A DNA stretch of 64,000 nt from a virus: the IMG/VR virus record IMGVR_UViG_3300031950_000001, positions 80,056 to 144,055 of that record. One strand, written 5' to 3'. The notes beneath the pieces are model-generated. The model saw only the letters and a program-made list of their open reading frames with translations. It did not search any database and had not been told where the DNA came from. Position numbers and translations under genes: made by a program. Position 1 is the first letter of the stretch. Every line of letters starts with the position of its first letter. Positions 47,658 through 56,195 of this stretch are shown here, one piece after another.

Positions 47658-47814
47658 GACAAGACGGCTGCCTGTACGTGTCCTCTGAATGGACGGACCA
47701 TTCGCCAATCTGTTTTAGAGCTTAACGAAAGATTAGATTCAGCAAAAAGTAAGTGGCGATTGCGTTCCGCCAATCGACCACAACCATTTGCTTCACGACA
47801 GCAGCCGTCCTGTC
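47658..47814 (+). ncRNA. retron-like msr-msd ncRNA, unit 4 (divergent)
   Basis: IR gacaagacggctgcctgt / acagcagccgtcctgtc with compensatory changes; A at the branch-equivalent position 47676; msd hairpin 47741-47792. Confidence 0.65.
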
Positions 47815-47845
47815 CACGCTCTGCGTGCAAGATAGGATAAAGCGC

Positions 47846-48028
47846 GGACAAGACGGCCGTTGTGCGTTGCCTCTGATAGGGGGTCGTATTCGGCTTTCTC
47901 TATTGGGGGTTGAAAGTTGGCCCTTGGGCTCGACTGGCGAACGTCGCATGTCACGTGCTTCCGTTAACTTTCCCGACGCACGTTCCATGCGCCTCTTCGT
48001 CCAGCCGCCGACAACGGCCGTCTTGTCC
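47846..48028 (+). ncRNA. retron-like msr-msd ncRNA, unit 5
   Basis: Perfect 18-bp IR ggacaagacggccgttgt / acaacggccgtcttgtcc; G 47864; msd hairpin 47934-48004; ends 40 bp before the RT start. Confidence 0.82.
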
Positions 48029-48067
48029 CTTTTTTTATCGATTTTTGTTGCCTTCGGGAGGTGAGTG

Positions 48068-49015
48068 ATGGGCAAAGTTTATGAGCTTGGCGAGCGGGTG
48101 GTTATCGCCCGAGACCTAAATTGTCGACTGAAATATTTTAAACTGCCGCCAGGCAAGGTCTATCGGAAAGAGATCAAAAAGCCGGATGGACGAGTTCGGC
48201 TGATTTTTGTTCCCGACAAGAAGCAGAGGAAAATCTTGCGGAAGATTGCCAGGCTTCTTACGTCGAATTATCATTGGTTTATTGTCAACCGATACGACTG
48301 GCGGGATACAACGGTCCAACCGTGGCCCGTATTCGGTTTTCGACGAGGCGGTAACGTTGTTGACGCAGTATTGCCGCATTGCGGTAAGCGTTTTACGCTG
48401 TCCGTCGATATCGTTGATTTCTTTCATAACTGTTACTTGCTGGATGCCGAATCAGCCTATATGCGTAATGTGGGCCGACATCGGAATCTAAAAAGAAAAT
48501 GCAATTTTTCCGCACTGGCGTTCGATTTTGTCCGTGATCAGTTTGTATGGCCTTTCGATGCCCAGGCGAAGCCAGTCGGGCGGTTGCCCCAAGGTTTTCC
48601 AACAAGCCCTATATTATCCAACTTTGCCTTCTATCAATATGATATTGATATCTTAGAATGGTGCGGACATAACGACGTTATTTATACGCGTTATGCGGAT
48701 GATTTGTGTTTCTCATTCGACAAGCCGGAAATGGTCGACCGTGTATTGCACCTCTTGAAAAGGCTGCCTCCGCATTTTGAGTTATGCAAGATCAAACTTC
48801 AGGACGCAGCGCAAGGCAGAAAACGACTCCTTGGTCTTATGGTCGATAAAAACGGTTGTTACTTGCCGAGAAAAAAGCGACGACTATTGCGACTTTTGCT
48901 AAAGATTAATCCGGACTCGGCTCAGACGAAAGGGCTTTTGGCATGGAAGAAGTTCATTGACCGGAAAATGAACGAGTGGGTTGTCGAAGCGCACAAGCTT
49001 CTGGGAGGGTTGTAA
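48068..49015 (+). CDS. retron-type reverse transcriptase
   Basis: IKKPDGRVRLI, FGFRRG, DAVLPH (region X, NAxxH-like), DIVDFF, LPQGFPTSP, YTRYADDL, RLLGL (region Y, VTG-like). Compact ~315 aa with no maturase/endonuclease domain. RBS GGAGGTG. Confidence 0.9.
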   Translation: MGKVYELGERVVIARDLNCRLKYFKLPPGKVYRKEIKKPDGRVRLIFVPDKKQRKILRKIARLLTSNYHWFIVNRYDWRDTTVQPWPVFGFRRGGNVVDAVLPHCGKRFTLSVDIVDFFHNCYLLDAESAYMRNVGRHRNLKRKCNFSALAFDFVRDQFVWPFDAQAKPVGRLPQGFPTSPILSNFAFYQYDIDILEWCGHNDVIYTRYADDLCFSFDKPEMVDRVLHLLKRLPPHFELCKIKLQDAAQGRKRLLGLMVDKNGCYLPRKKRRLLRLLLKINPDSAQTKGLLAWKKFIDRKMNEWVVEAHKLLGGL

Positions 49016-49354
49016 ATGGAGCTTCTGCTGTACCAGCACACAAAGCTGACGCTGGAAAAGCCGCCAATCATCATTTCGACGCGGCAATTCACACCATCAC
49101 GGGTAAAGCTCATATTCCATCTACCTCGATCCGTACAGCTTATCCTACCAGGCGCCCATGTCGTCGATAATCGAAAGGACGATCCTAATGCATTTCATAC
49201 GGTTACCACGCTACGCAAGATAGGCGATACGATTCAAATCCGCCACGACGATAAGACGTATAGTCTTACCGTCATTAGGATGGTAAAGCAGGTTCCGTCG
49301 AATTCGCCCGAAGCGGCTCAGTCGAATTTTGTCGTCCTTTCGTTGGAGGAGTAG
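49016..49354 (+). CDS. hypothetical protein coupled to the RT (candidate retron partner)
   Basis: ATG immediately follows the RT TAA; GGAGGG RBS. Confidence 0.6.
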   Translation: MELLLYQHTKLTLEKPPIIISTRQFTPSRVKLIFHLPRSVQLILPGAHVVDNRKDDPNAFHTVTTLRKIGDTIQIRHDDKTYSLTVIRMVKQVPSNSPEAAQSNFVVLSLEE

Positions 49355-49360
49355 TGAGTT

Positions 49361-50476
49361 ATGTTCGATTCGGTCCCGTTCGTCGTAATGCAGTCTGGCG
49401 TTCCCATTTATCTGTCTGGTCCGGCTGGTAGCGGCAAGACGACTTCGATCGAGCTTGTTGCAAAACGGCTGAATCGCAAATGCTATTGCGCCATCGTCCA
49501 TCAAGGCGATCCTATCGAAGTTACGGGATTGCCTTACATCGACGTCAAAGCCGGCGTTATGAAATATACGCCACCCGAATGGGTAAAGGTGGCAAACGCC
49601 GAGCCGTCGATCATCTTCTTTGATGAGGCGTCTGGGCTGGATGAATCTTATCAGCTTCGGATGCTGACGATTCTGTCTCATCGACGAGTTGGCGCCTATT
49701 CCATCCCGGATCACACCTGGTTCGTCCTTGCCGGGAACCCGATCGAAAGCGGCACCAGCGCGTCCCTCTTCTCAATTCCATTTATTACGCGTCTCTGCTG
49801 CTTCGACTGGCAGCCCGATGACAATCTCTGGATGAACCATATGCTCACGGCAGATATGAGCTTCGATGTTGAGATTCCTGATATTCCAGTGCTGCCGAAT
49901 AATTGGACGAACTATCTTCCGGAAACCGGAAGCTATATCAATGCATTCCTAAAGACTTCACGTAACTTCGTCAGCTTCTCGGAAAAGGAGCTCAAAGGGC
50001 TGACGAATAGTCCCGTACCCACTCGTCGGAGTTGGGATTTGGCTCGTCGAGCGTTCGCAGCAGTTAAGGCCGTGAATATGGCTTCGCAGGAAAACATCTT
50101 CCGCGTTGTAAGCGGCTGCGTTGGTAGGCCGGCTGCTGGGGCGTTCTGCGAATATATTAGCAAGCTCGATCTACCGGATTCAAAAGAACTGATCCAAAAC
50201 GCCGCCCGCGGCATGGAGGTTCTGAAACGCTTCCGGTTGGACCAGATTTATATTATCGTAAGTTCCGCTTGTATCGCCGTGGATCTTAATGATCCGGTCG
50301 AACGAAGGGGAATCTTCAATATTATTAACGAGCTCTACAACAATGGTCAGGCCGAATTCTCGGCGCTTATGATCCATTTGTTGACGAAACGAGAACCTCA
50401 GCTCGAACTTCCGCCGGAACTCGTATCTCGGCTGATGCCGCTGGCGTCTAAGATTCGGGCTGCAAAGGGCAACTAA
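49361..50476 (+). CDS. MoxR-like AAA+ ATPase
   Basis: GPAGSGKT, IFFDEA, LAGNP, PTRRSW. Confidence 0.88.
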   Translation: MFDSVPFVVMQSGVPIYLSGPAGSGKTTSIELVAKRLNRKCYCAIVHQGDPIEVTGLPYIDVKAGVMKYTPPEWVKVANAEPSIIFFDEASGLDESYQLRMLTILSHRRVGAYSIPDHTWFVLAGNPIESGTSASLFSIPFITRLCCFDWQPDDNLWMNHMLTADMSFDVEIPDIPVLPNNWTNYLPETGSYINAFLKTSRNFVSFSEKELKGLTNSPVPTRRSWDLARRAFAAVKAVNMASQENIFRVVSGCVGRPAAGAFCEYISKLDLPDSKELIQNAARGMEVLKRFRLDQIYIIVSSACIAVDLNDPVERRGIFNIINELYNNGQAEFSALMIHLLTKREPQLELPPELVSRLMPLASKIRAAKGN

Positions 50477-50487
50477 GGAGTACCGAG

Positions 50488-51840
50488 ATGACCAATTTTG
50501 AAGACCTTTCGGTTGCCAAGCTGCAGGCAGCCACAAAGTTCCCTTACCTTAAGGAGCTTATTCTCGAAATGCCAGTGGTTATCGTAGACCACCCGGCATT
50601 AAGTACAGCCGCGATTTCGGACCGAATGGTACTTTATGTGAGCCGACAGATCGTCGATGAGGATATCTTGTTGCTTCCGTACGTGATTGCGCGGGATATC
50701 TTCCATCTAATCCTACGGCATGCAAAAAGGTACGAGCAATTCACCATATGCTCCCCGGCAGTTTGGACAGTAGCAGCCCGAATGGCCATCTTCAGCTTTA
50801 TGCGTCAGATGCCGGGCAGCTTATACGCCGATTTTGCAGAGCGATTCCTCATTGATCCTAACCATTACGGCCTCCCGCTCTATCTAACAGCAGAGGAGTA
50901 TGCCGAGCTGTTGACGTCTAAAGATCTGCCTCCGGTCATGCAACAACAACTTCAGCAGATGACTAACTTAGTTCAACAGCTTCAATCACGAGGTCAATCT
51001 CAGTCTGCGCCAACCGATTCATCTTCACAACCCAGCAAAGATGAAGTCAATCGTTTGCCAGCATATCAAAGCGGTTCTTGCGTTCATGGCCAGAAGCAGC
51101 CGTGGGAAACGGGCGAAAAGGACAGCCATGCCCCACCGGAACCGACGCTGGCTACTATGATCGATACCGTAAAAGAAGCCATCGCGCATATGCAGCGTGG
51201 GATTTCGCATGGTAACGTGCTTCGAGAGCTTGAGGAGTACGGGCATACTGCCGGTATTGGACATCTTCTTAAGCTCTTGACGGAGGCCCATCGTACCGCG
51301 CATAAAAGCGGTGGCTCGAACCTTGATATCACGAAAGTCCGTCGTCGGCAATATCTTGAGCAATATCGACATGGCTACGTATTGCCGCCATTTACGAAAA
51401 ACCATGTTCGCGTCGGCATTCTCGTCGATACTTCAGGTAGCATGGAACTTGAGACCGAATTGCGCATGTGCATCCAATGCGTGAACTCCTTCCTGGCTTC
51501 GGGGGAGTACAACGAAGTCATGTTTTACTCCGGCGATACGGACGTGAGCAACACTCAAAAGCTCTGTCGAGGCCAAAAGCCGATTCTTATCGGCGCCGGC
51601 GGTACCGACGTCGGAAAAATGATTGCCCAGATCGAAGAAATGAATCGAGGCAAGCCGTTGGATTACCTGGTCGTATTTACCGACGGCTGGACGCCTTGGG
51701 GGAATGAACCCGAAACGATGAAAGTGATCGCCGTGATTACAAAACCCGATCATTGGAGCATCCCCGAATGGGTTCAATATATAACCATTGATGAGCTATT
51801 CCCCCATTTACGAAGGAGAACGAGTCGTGGCAATGTCTAA
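50488..51840 (+). CDS. vWA-domain protein (DUF2201-like, MoxR partner)
   Basis: MIDAS DTSGSM, GGTD, VFTDGWTPW; N-terminal peptidase-like region with degenerate RDIFH. Confidence 0.85.
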   Translation: MTNFEDLSVAKLQAATKFPYLKELILEMPVVIVDHPALSTAAISDRMVLYVSRQIVDEDILLLPYVIARDIFHLILRHAKRYEQFTICSPAVWTVAARMAIFSFMRQMPGSLYADFAERFLIDPNHYGLPLYLTAEEYAELLTSKDLPPVMQQQLQQMTNLVQQLQSRGQSQSAPTDSSSQPSKDEVNRLPAYQSGSCVHGQKQPWETGEKDSHAPPEPTLATMIDTVKEAIAHMQRGISHGNVLRELEEYGHTAGIGHLLKLLTEAHRTAHKSGGSNLDITKVRRRQYLEQYRHGYVLPPFTKNHVRVGILVDTSGSMELETELRMCIQCVNSFLASGEYNEVMFYSGDTDVSNTQKLCRGQKPILIGAGGTDVGKMIAQIEEMNRGKPLDYLVVFTDGWTPWGNEPETMKVIAVITKPDHWSIPEWVQYITIDELFPHLRRRTSRGNV

Positions 51841-52825
51841 AACGTCGGAAAGCCTAATGCTCGAACGTATCGAGCATCGAATTGATAACGCGACAGAATT
51901 TACCCCCGAAATGCTGCCTTACCTACCTCCAGAAGAGGTGGTAAAGCACTATGATGACTATCCCGTAGCAGGCGTGCTCTACGCATACGGTCTGCTTACG
52001 GACGAACAAAAACAAGACGCGGCGGAGCGTTGTCCTGAAGCGCTCCTGGAGACGCAAATCCATACCATATCGCCAGAACTACGGGCGCGTGCAATCCAAA
52101 ACGCGCCTATTTTCGCGGCGACCCAGGTCTGTGCATATCTAACCAAGGAGGAGTGTGCCAGAATATTGGACTATATTCTAGAGCGTAAGCTCTATACGCT
52201 CGTAAATATCCCTGTCTTGTGCGCCACTCTGCTAACGGTATTAAAGGTGCGCGGCAAGAAACGCAAAAAGGCCGAAGAGGCTATTAAAATAGCTGCGAAC
52301 AACCTTAAGGCGTTTCTGGTCAGCAACCACGAGATCATGATTCCGAGCATCCTGTCTTACCTTGTCGGAGCCCATTCCCGCGGTAACGCCAGGCTGGCGT
52401 ATAAGTTTTATACCACGCTGGACCTCGACGAGGAGCAGATTCCGGCCAATCTTCAATGTACGCCGGTCACTCAATCCTATCTGTTGGAGCCGTATATCCC
52501 ACGAGGGTATACGGTTGCCGAATATAGATATACGCTACCGCCGTTGTTTAATCCGGCAGTGCTCAACCTTAAAATCAAATCCTTACTGCATCTTCAGAAC
52601 AAAGATCTTACCGAAAGCCTGGTTCCGGCGCTGGATTTATTCTATCGTGCGCCATTTGCGGTCGATCCTTCCGTAGTCCTATCTTTAGGCGAACGGCTAT
52701 TGCTGACCGCGTTTTATCACAAGTTCAAGCAGTTCGCCAGGCACATGTTGTCCGATGAGAAAATCCATAGTTTGGATAGTCGGTACGTCGTCAAGGCAGT
52801 TGACGATGTTTTTACCAGGAGCTAG
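51833..52825 (+). CDS. hypothetical protein
   Basis: Operon-coupled ORF after AAGGAG. Confidence 0.65.
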   Translation: MSKTSESLMLERIEHRIDNATEFTPEMLPYLPPEEVVKHYDDYPVAGVLYAYGLLTDEQKQDAAERCPEALLETQIHTISPELRARAIQNAPIFAATQVCAYLTKEECARILDYILERKLYTLVNIPVLCATLLTVLKVRGKKRKKAEEAIKIAANNLKAFLVSNHEIMIPSILSYLVGAHSRGNARLAYKFYTTLDLDEEQIPANLQCTPVTQSYLLEPYIPRGYTVAEYRYTLPPLFNPAVLNLKIKSLLHLQNKDLTESLVPALDLFYRAPFAVDPSVVLSLGERLLLTAFYHKFKQFARHMLSDEKIHSLDSRYVVKAVDDVFTRS

Positions 52826-52828
52826 GGA

Positions 52829-53671
52829 ATGATCTTTTCAAGACGAACGTTCGACGACCTAGGCCAAATTAAGGCCATTCATACTTCGCCCAAGTTTGAC
52901 TTTATATTCCAGCATTTTGCAAAGAATGCTAGCGAAGGACGCAAGCTGAGATTTCGGCTGGCCTATGAACTAGGCAACATTGAAGATATCGTCCGTTTAA
53001 TGCCAGCCCATCTTGCGCCCAGCTTTCTTAAAACGAAGCCCTCTTACTTTATAAACAACGAAGATAACTTCATTATTGATGTTTATCCGGAATTGAACGA
53101 TAAGCTCCGAAAGCACTATCGAGAGCGATTTACGAAACTGGTCCGGGACGATCACACCGAAAAGGCGTTTGATAGTGCGTTTGAAGACGTAACAGAAAAG
53201 GAGCATGTCTGTAAATCGGTGGAGCATGACGACCCGATTATAGGGTCCATGATCTCCCACGAGATCCGACAAGCCTGCTACTTTGTCGGTTACTTCGACA
53301 AAAAGAAGAAAATCGGCTTCGCCGACGCATGCCAGCTATGCTGCGCAAAGAGCTTTAAGAAAATTGTGGACGAAGGACGGTTCTTTCTTCCGTCCATCCG
53401 TCCGTTCTTCATTGAGGACAAGCACATGCCAAGGAGAATATCGCTACTGACGATTATGTCCCGTAAGAACTATGTTCCCTATATTTTGGCATACTACGCC
53501 AGAGCAAGCCTTTTCAACCGCGCAATGGAGAGCAAAATGTATGATCTAGCCGAAGCCATTGCGTTCCGATATATCGGCATGATGCCTTTGGAGCAGATTC
53601 AGCGACTGAAAGATATTTCGGGATTTTACGACGTTTTCATGGCGTTTAAGGACACGTCTGAGGATAGTTAA
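52829..53671 (+). CDS. hypothetical protein
   Basis: 280-aa ORF ending just before a palindrome copy. Confidence 0.65.
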   Translation: MIFSRRTFDDLGQIKAIHTSPKFDFIFQHFAKNASEGRKLRFRLAYELGNIEDIVRLMPAHLAPSFLKTKPSYFINNEDNFIIDVYPELNDKLRKHYRERFTKLVRDDHTEKAFDSAFEDVTEKEHVCKSVEHDDPIIGSMISHEIRQACYFVGYFDKKKKIGFADACQLCCAKSFKKIVDEGRFFLPSIRPFFIEDKHMPRRISLLTIMSRKNYVPYILAYYARASLFNRAMESKMYDLAEAIAFRYIGMMPLEQIQRLKDISGFYDVFMAFKDTSEDS

Positions 53672-53924
53672 AAAAAATTTGATTCCGGAATCAAATTTTT
53701 GGACCCGTTGCCCGGCGATGAGGGTGAGGACGCATGGTCCTACTAGTTGCACCCTCGTCGCCGGGCATGTTTTTTTGTGGCATTTAATAATGGCGGTCAT
53801 TTTTACGTCCGAAAAATGGCCGCTCAATTTTTTTAACTGTGGCAACAAAGACCTGCTGCTGATGGTTTCCTTCTATGGCAGAGGGATGGCGGCGGGTCCT
53901 AAGGTTTTTCGTCGGGAGACGGTT

Positions 53925-54146
53925 ATGATTACGTTCGACGGCGAACAGGAAAGGCTGTTGTACGAAGCGTTAATGTCGTTTGTGGAGGCAGCGGATGCCG
54001 CCAAGGTAGGCCTAATGGATTTGACGATTGCCAGAAGCCAAAAAGCTGCTACACTGTTTGCGACGGTGCTTGGGGTATTAAAAGAAGGCGAAGATCCGTT
54101 AGACAGCATAGCACGGTTTTGGAGATCAGTCGCTAGTTATGTGTGA
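53925..54146 (+). CDS. small hypothetical protein
   Basis: ATG after GGGAG; MITFDGEQERLL. Confidence 0.5.
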   Translation: MITFDGEQERLLYEALMSFVEAADAAKVGLMDLTIARSQKAATLFATVLGVLKEGEDPLDSIARFWRSVASYV

Positions 54147-54239
54147 CTGCGCTCCGGCTAAAGCTAGGGCTTTTTTAGCGACGATACTCCCCGTACGGGG
54201 GGATAAATGAAAATTTTTGATTCCGGAATCAAATTTCTC

Positions 54240-54313
54240 GGGCCCGTAGCTCGGCGGCAAGAGCAGGGGACTCATAATTCCCTTGGTCGCAGGTTCGAAT
54301 CCTGCCGGGCCTA
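54240..54313 (+). tRNA. tRNA with CAT anticodon (probably Ile2, possibly Met)
   Basis: Full cloverleaf: gggcccg/cgggcct, gctc/gagc, gggga-ctCATaa-ttccc, gcagg-ttcgaat-cctgc. No encoded CCA. Confidence 0.9.
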
Positions 54314-54431
54314 TTTTTTAGCTATGGGTCATCGCGGCTATCGAACACGTTTTGTTAGCGACGAAAACGCCTTATAATAAGAGTAAGGCATCTTTTGTAA
54401 TTGTTTTCCCCTGTCCTGAAAGGCTCTTTGT

Positions 54432-55061
54432 ATGTCCCGTTTTCGCTTTGCCGGTAAGCTAGAAACAGCGTCTGGGCGTGTGGTTGATGTCAGAAACTTC
54501 GACGTTTCCGACGTCCGATGGGATGAAATCTGTCATGCCCTCTCCAATTTAGCCCGGTATCAAGGGCATAGCCTTTCTTTTTTTAGCGTTCTCAGCCACA
54601 GCGTCCTTTCCTATCTGATCGCCAAAAGGCTATGGCCTGAAGATCTCGATCTTCAAATTGCCGTATTAATTCATGACGCTGCCGAGGCCTATATTGGGGA
54701 TATGATTCGGCCCATTCGGGCACTTCCAGGAATGTACGTCCATAAAAAATACGAACGCGCCATTATGGCGAAAATCCTCGAAGCTGCAAAGCTTGACCCT
54801 GGTTTTCTCGATGACGAGCGGGTCAAAATCGCGGATAACCTTGCGTTGGCTTATGAAGTAATATCACTCATGCCTTCTGGAGGCCAGCTGGATATTTGGA
54901 AGCCATTCTTTAAAACGTATGAGCTCTATCACGACAAATTTCGTCTGACATGGTTGGACTGGCTCAAAGTCAATTGGTTTGCCCGACGAACCTTTTTAAA
55001 AGCTCTGGAGAAACATTATGCTCGAAAACTCGATTCTGGATGTCCTACTCCGCAAACGTAA
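54432..55061 (+). CDS. HD-domain phosphohydrolase (YfbR/5'-deoxynucleotidase-like)
   Basis: RYQGH..FSVLSHS, IHDAAEAYIGD, VKIAD. Confidence 0.88.
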   Translation: MSRFRFAGKLETASGRVVDVRNFDVSDVRWDEICHALSNLARYQGHSLSFFSVLSHSVLSYLIAKRLWPEDLDLQIAVLIHDAAEAYIGDMIRPIRALPGMYVHKKYERAIMAKILEAAKLDPGFLDDERVKIADNLALAYEVISLMPSGGQLDIWKPFFKTYELYHDKFRLTWLDWLKVNWFARRTFLKALEKHYARKLDSGCPTPQT

Positions 55062-55839
55062 AACTCAGGAAGCTGACCAGACCCGTTCGAGCTATCGGTT
55101 CAAAGAGGAAGAATATCTTCCACTTTACGAAACCTGGGTTAAGACAAAGTCTCCCGATGCCTTAACCGTGCTGGTGGATAAACTGAGCCCTCTTCTCGAC
55201 TATGCCATTCATTACTATGCGTCGGATATTGCCAGCTCGCCGAGTCTACGAATAAAAGCCAAGAAATTGCTCATCGACGCCATCAAGTCCTACGATCCGT
55301 CCAAGGGGCTTTTAACGCATCACGTCTTCCTCAATTTACAGAGACTAAAACGGATCGGCGGCCAGACGCGGCAGATCATCCGTCAATCCGAACAAGTCTC
55401 AATGGACCTTAATATGTTAAATCAAGCCGAAGAGGAGCTTATCCAGACCCTTGGAAGGTTGCCAAATACCGAAGAACTGGCGGATTATACAGGACTGTCG
55501 ATAGAACGAATTAAGCGGATTCGACAAAAGGCTGTTATGCCACTTCCCGAAGCGACAACAGTTAGGCAGACCGCAGAAGGATTGTCTGAGTTGCCTACGC
55601 AGGCGCTTGGTCAAGGTCAGGACGTATTTACCCAGCTTCTAGAGCTTGCCTATATTGATGCTGATCCGGTTGATAAAGCCATTATGGAATTGTATTATGG
55701 ACTTCACGGGCGCCCACGGATGTCCCAAAAAGACATTGCCAATAAGCTTCGACTCAGTCCCGGCCGGGTAAGCCAACGGATCTCCGAAATTGAAGAGCGG
55801 GTTAAATATTGGTACGATCTTCAAAGAGGCAATCTATGA
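55018..55839 (+). CDS. sigma70-family RNA polymerase sigma factor (FliA/SigF-like, probable phage late sigma)
   Basis: LIDAIKSYDPSKG (region 2), LGRLPNTEELADYTG (region 3), SQKDIANKLRLSPGRVSQ (region 4). Confidence 0.88.
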   Translation: MLENSILDVLLRKRKTQEADQTRSSYRFKEEEYLPLYETWVKTKSPDALTVLVDKLSPLLDYAIHYYASDIASSPSLRIKAKKLLIDAIKSYDPSKGLLTHHVFLNLQRLKRIGGQTRQIIRQSEQVSMDLNMLNQAEEELIQTLGRLPNTEELADYTGLSIERIKRIRQKAVMPLPEATTVRQTAEGLSELPTQALGQGQDVFTQLLELAYIDADPVDKAIMELYYGLHGRPRMSQKDIANKLRLSPGRVSQRISEIEERVKYWYDLQRGNL

Positions 55840-56195
55840 GTAATATTTTCGACGTATGGCAGGATATGGTCTACACGGGGTTTGGGTTTAGTGATTGGTT
55901 CAAACCCTGTGATGACTTAAATGACGGCGGCAAGTCAGCTTATGAGAAATTCAAAGGAGCTTGTGGCCCTACTCCTGCCGATCTACTCCGCGAAAACCGT
56001 CCTAGCGACGGGACGATGATTAAACGGCAGCTGATCCATGCCCACGGCCTTGCCATGTATCGTGCCTTTCTTCTTCGTAATCTGACTGCTAGCCGCGCAT
56101 TTATTATTGCCGATAACCGGACCCATCAGCCGATCCAATTCATGCAGGCGATTGCAGACAACTTTGAAGTGCCCGGGAAGGAACGAACCATATGA
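55836..56195 (+). CDS. hypothetical protein
   Basis: ATG overlapping the sigma factor stop. Confidence 0.55.
   Translation: MSNIFDVWQDMVYTGFGFSDWFKPCDDLNDGGKSAYEKFKGACGPTPADLLRENRPSDGTMIKRQLIHAHGLAMYRAFLLRNLTASRAFIIADNRTHQPIQFMQAIADNFEVPGKERTI

Noticed and set aside
47026-48028. CRISPR array interpretation of the repeats before the RT
   Set aside because: Units are 157-250 nt, each bounded by inverted repeats with homologous, structured interiors rather than short direct repeats with unique spacers. No cas genes are in the window.
47040-48075. ORFs overlapping the ncRNA array (47040, 47084, 47642, 47722, 47753)
   Set aside because: They are translations of the repeats, have no RBS, and occur on both strands.
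48068-49015. RT as DGR or group II intron RT
   Set aside because: It has the PQGxPTSP motif (not the DGR-type IGNLTSQ), no Avd or TR-VR pair nearby, no maturase/En domain, and no intron domain V/VI after the ORF.
8284-53924. ORFs starting or containing MIPESNF (8284, 16570-, 5' extensions at 21198 and 53679)
   Set aside because: These are artefacts of the TTG inside the dispersed palindrome. RBS-supported starts lie downstream.
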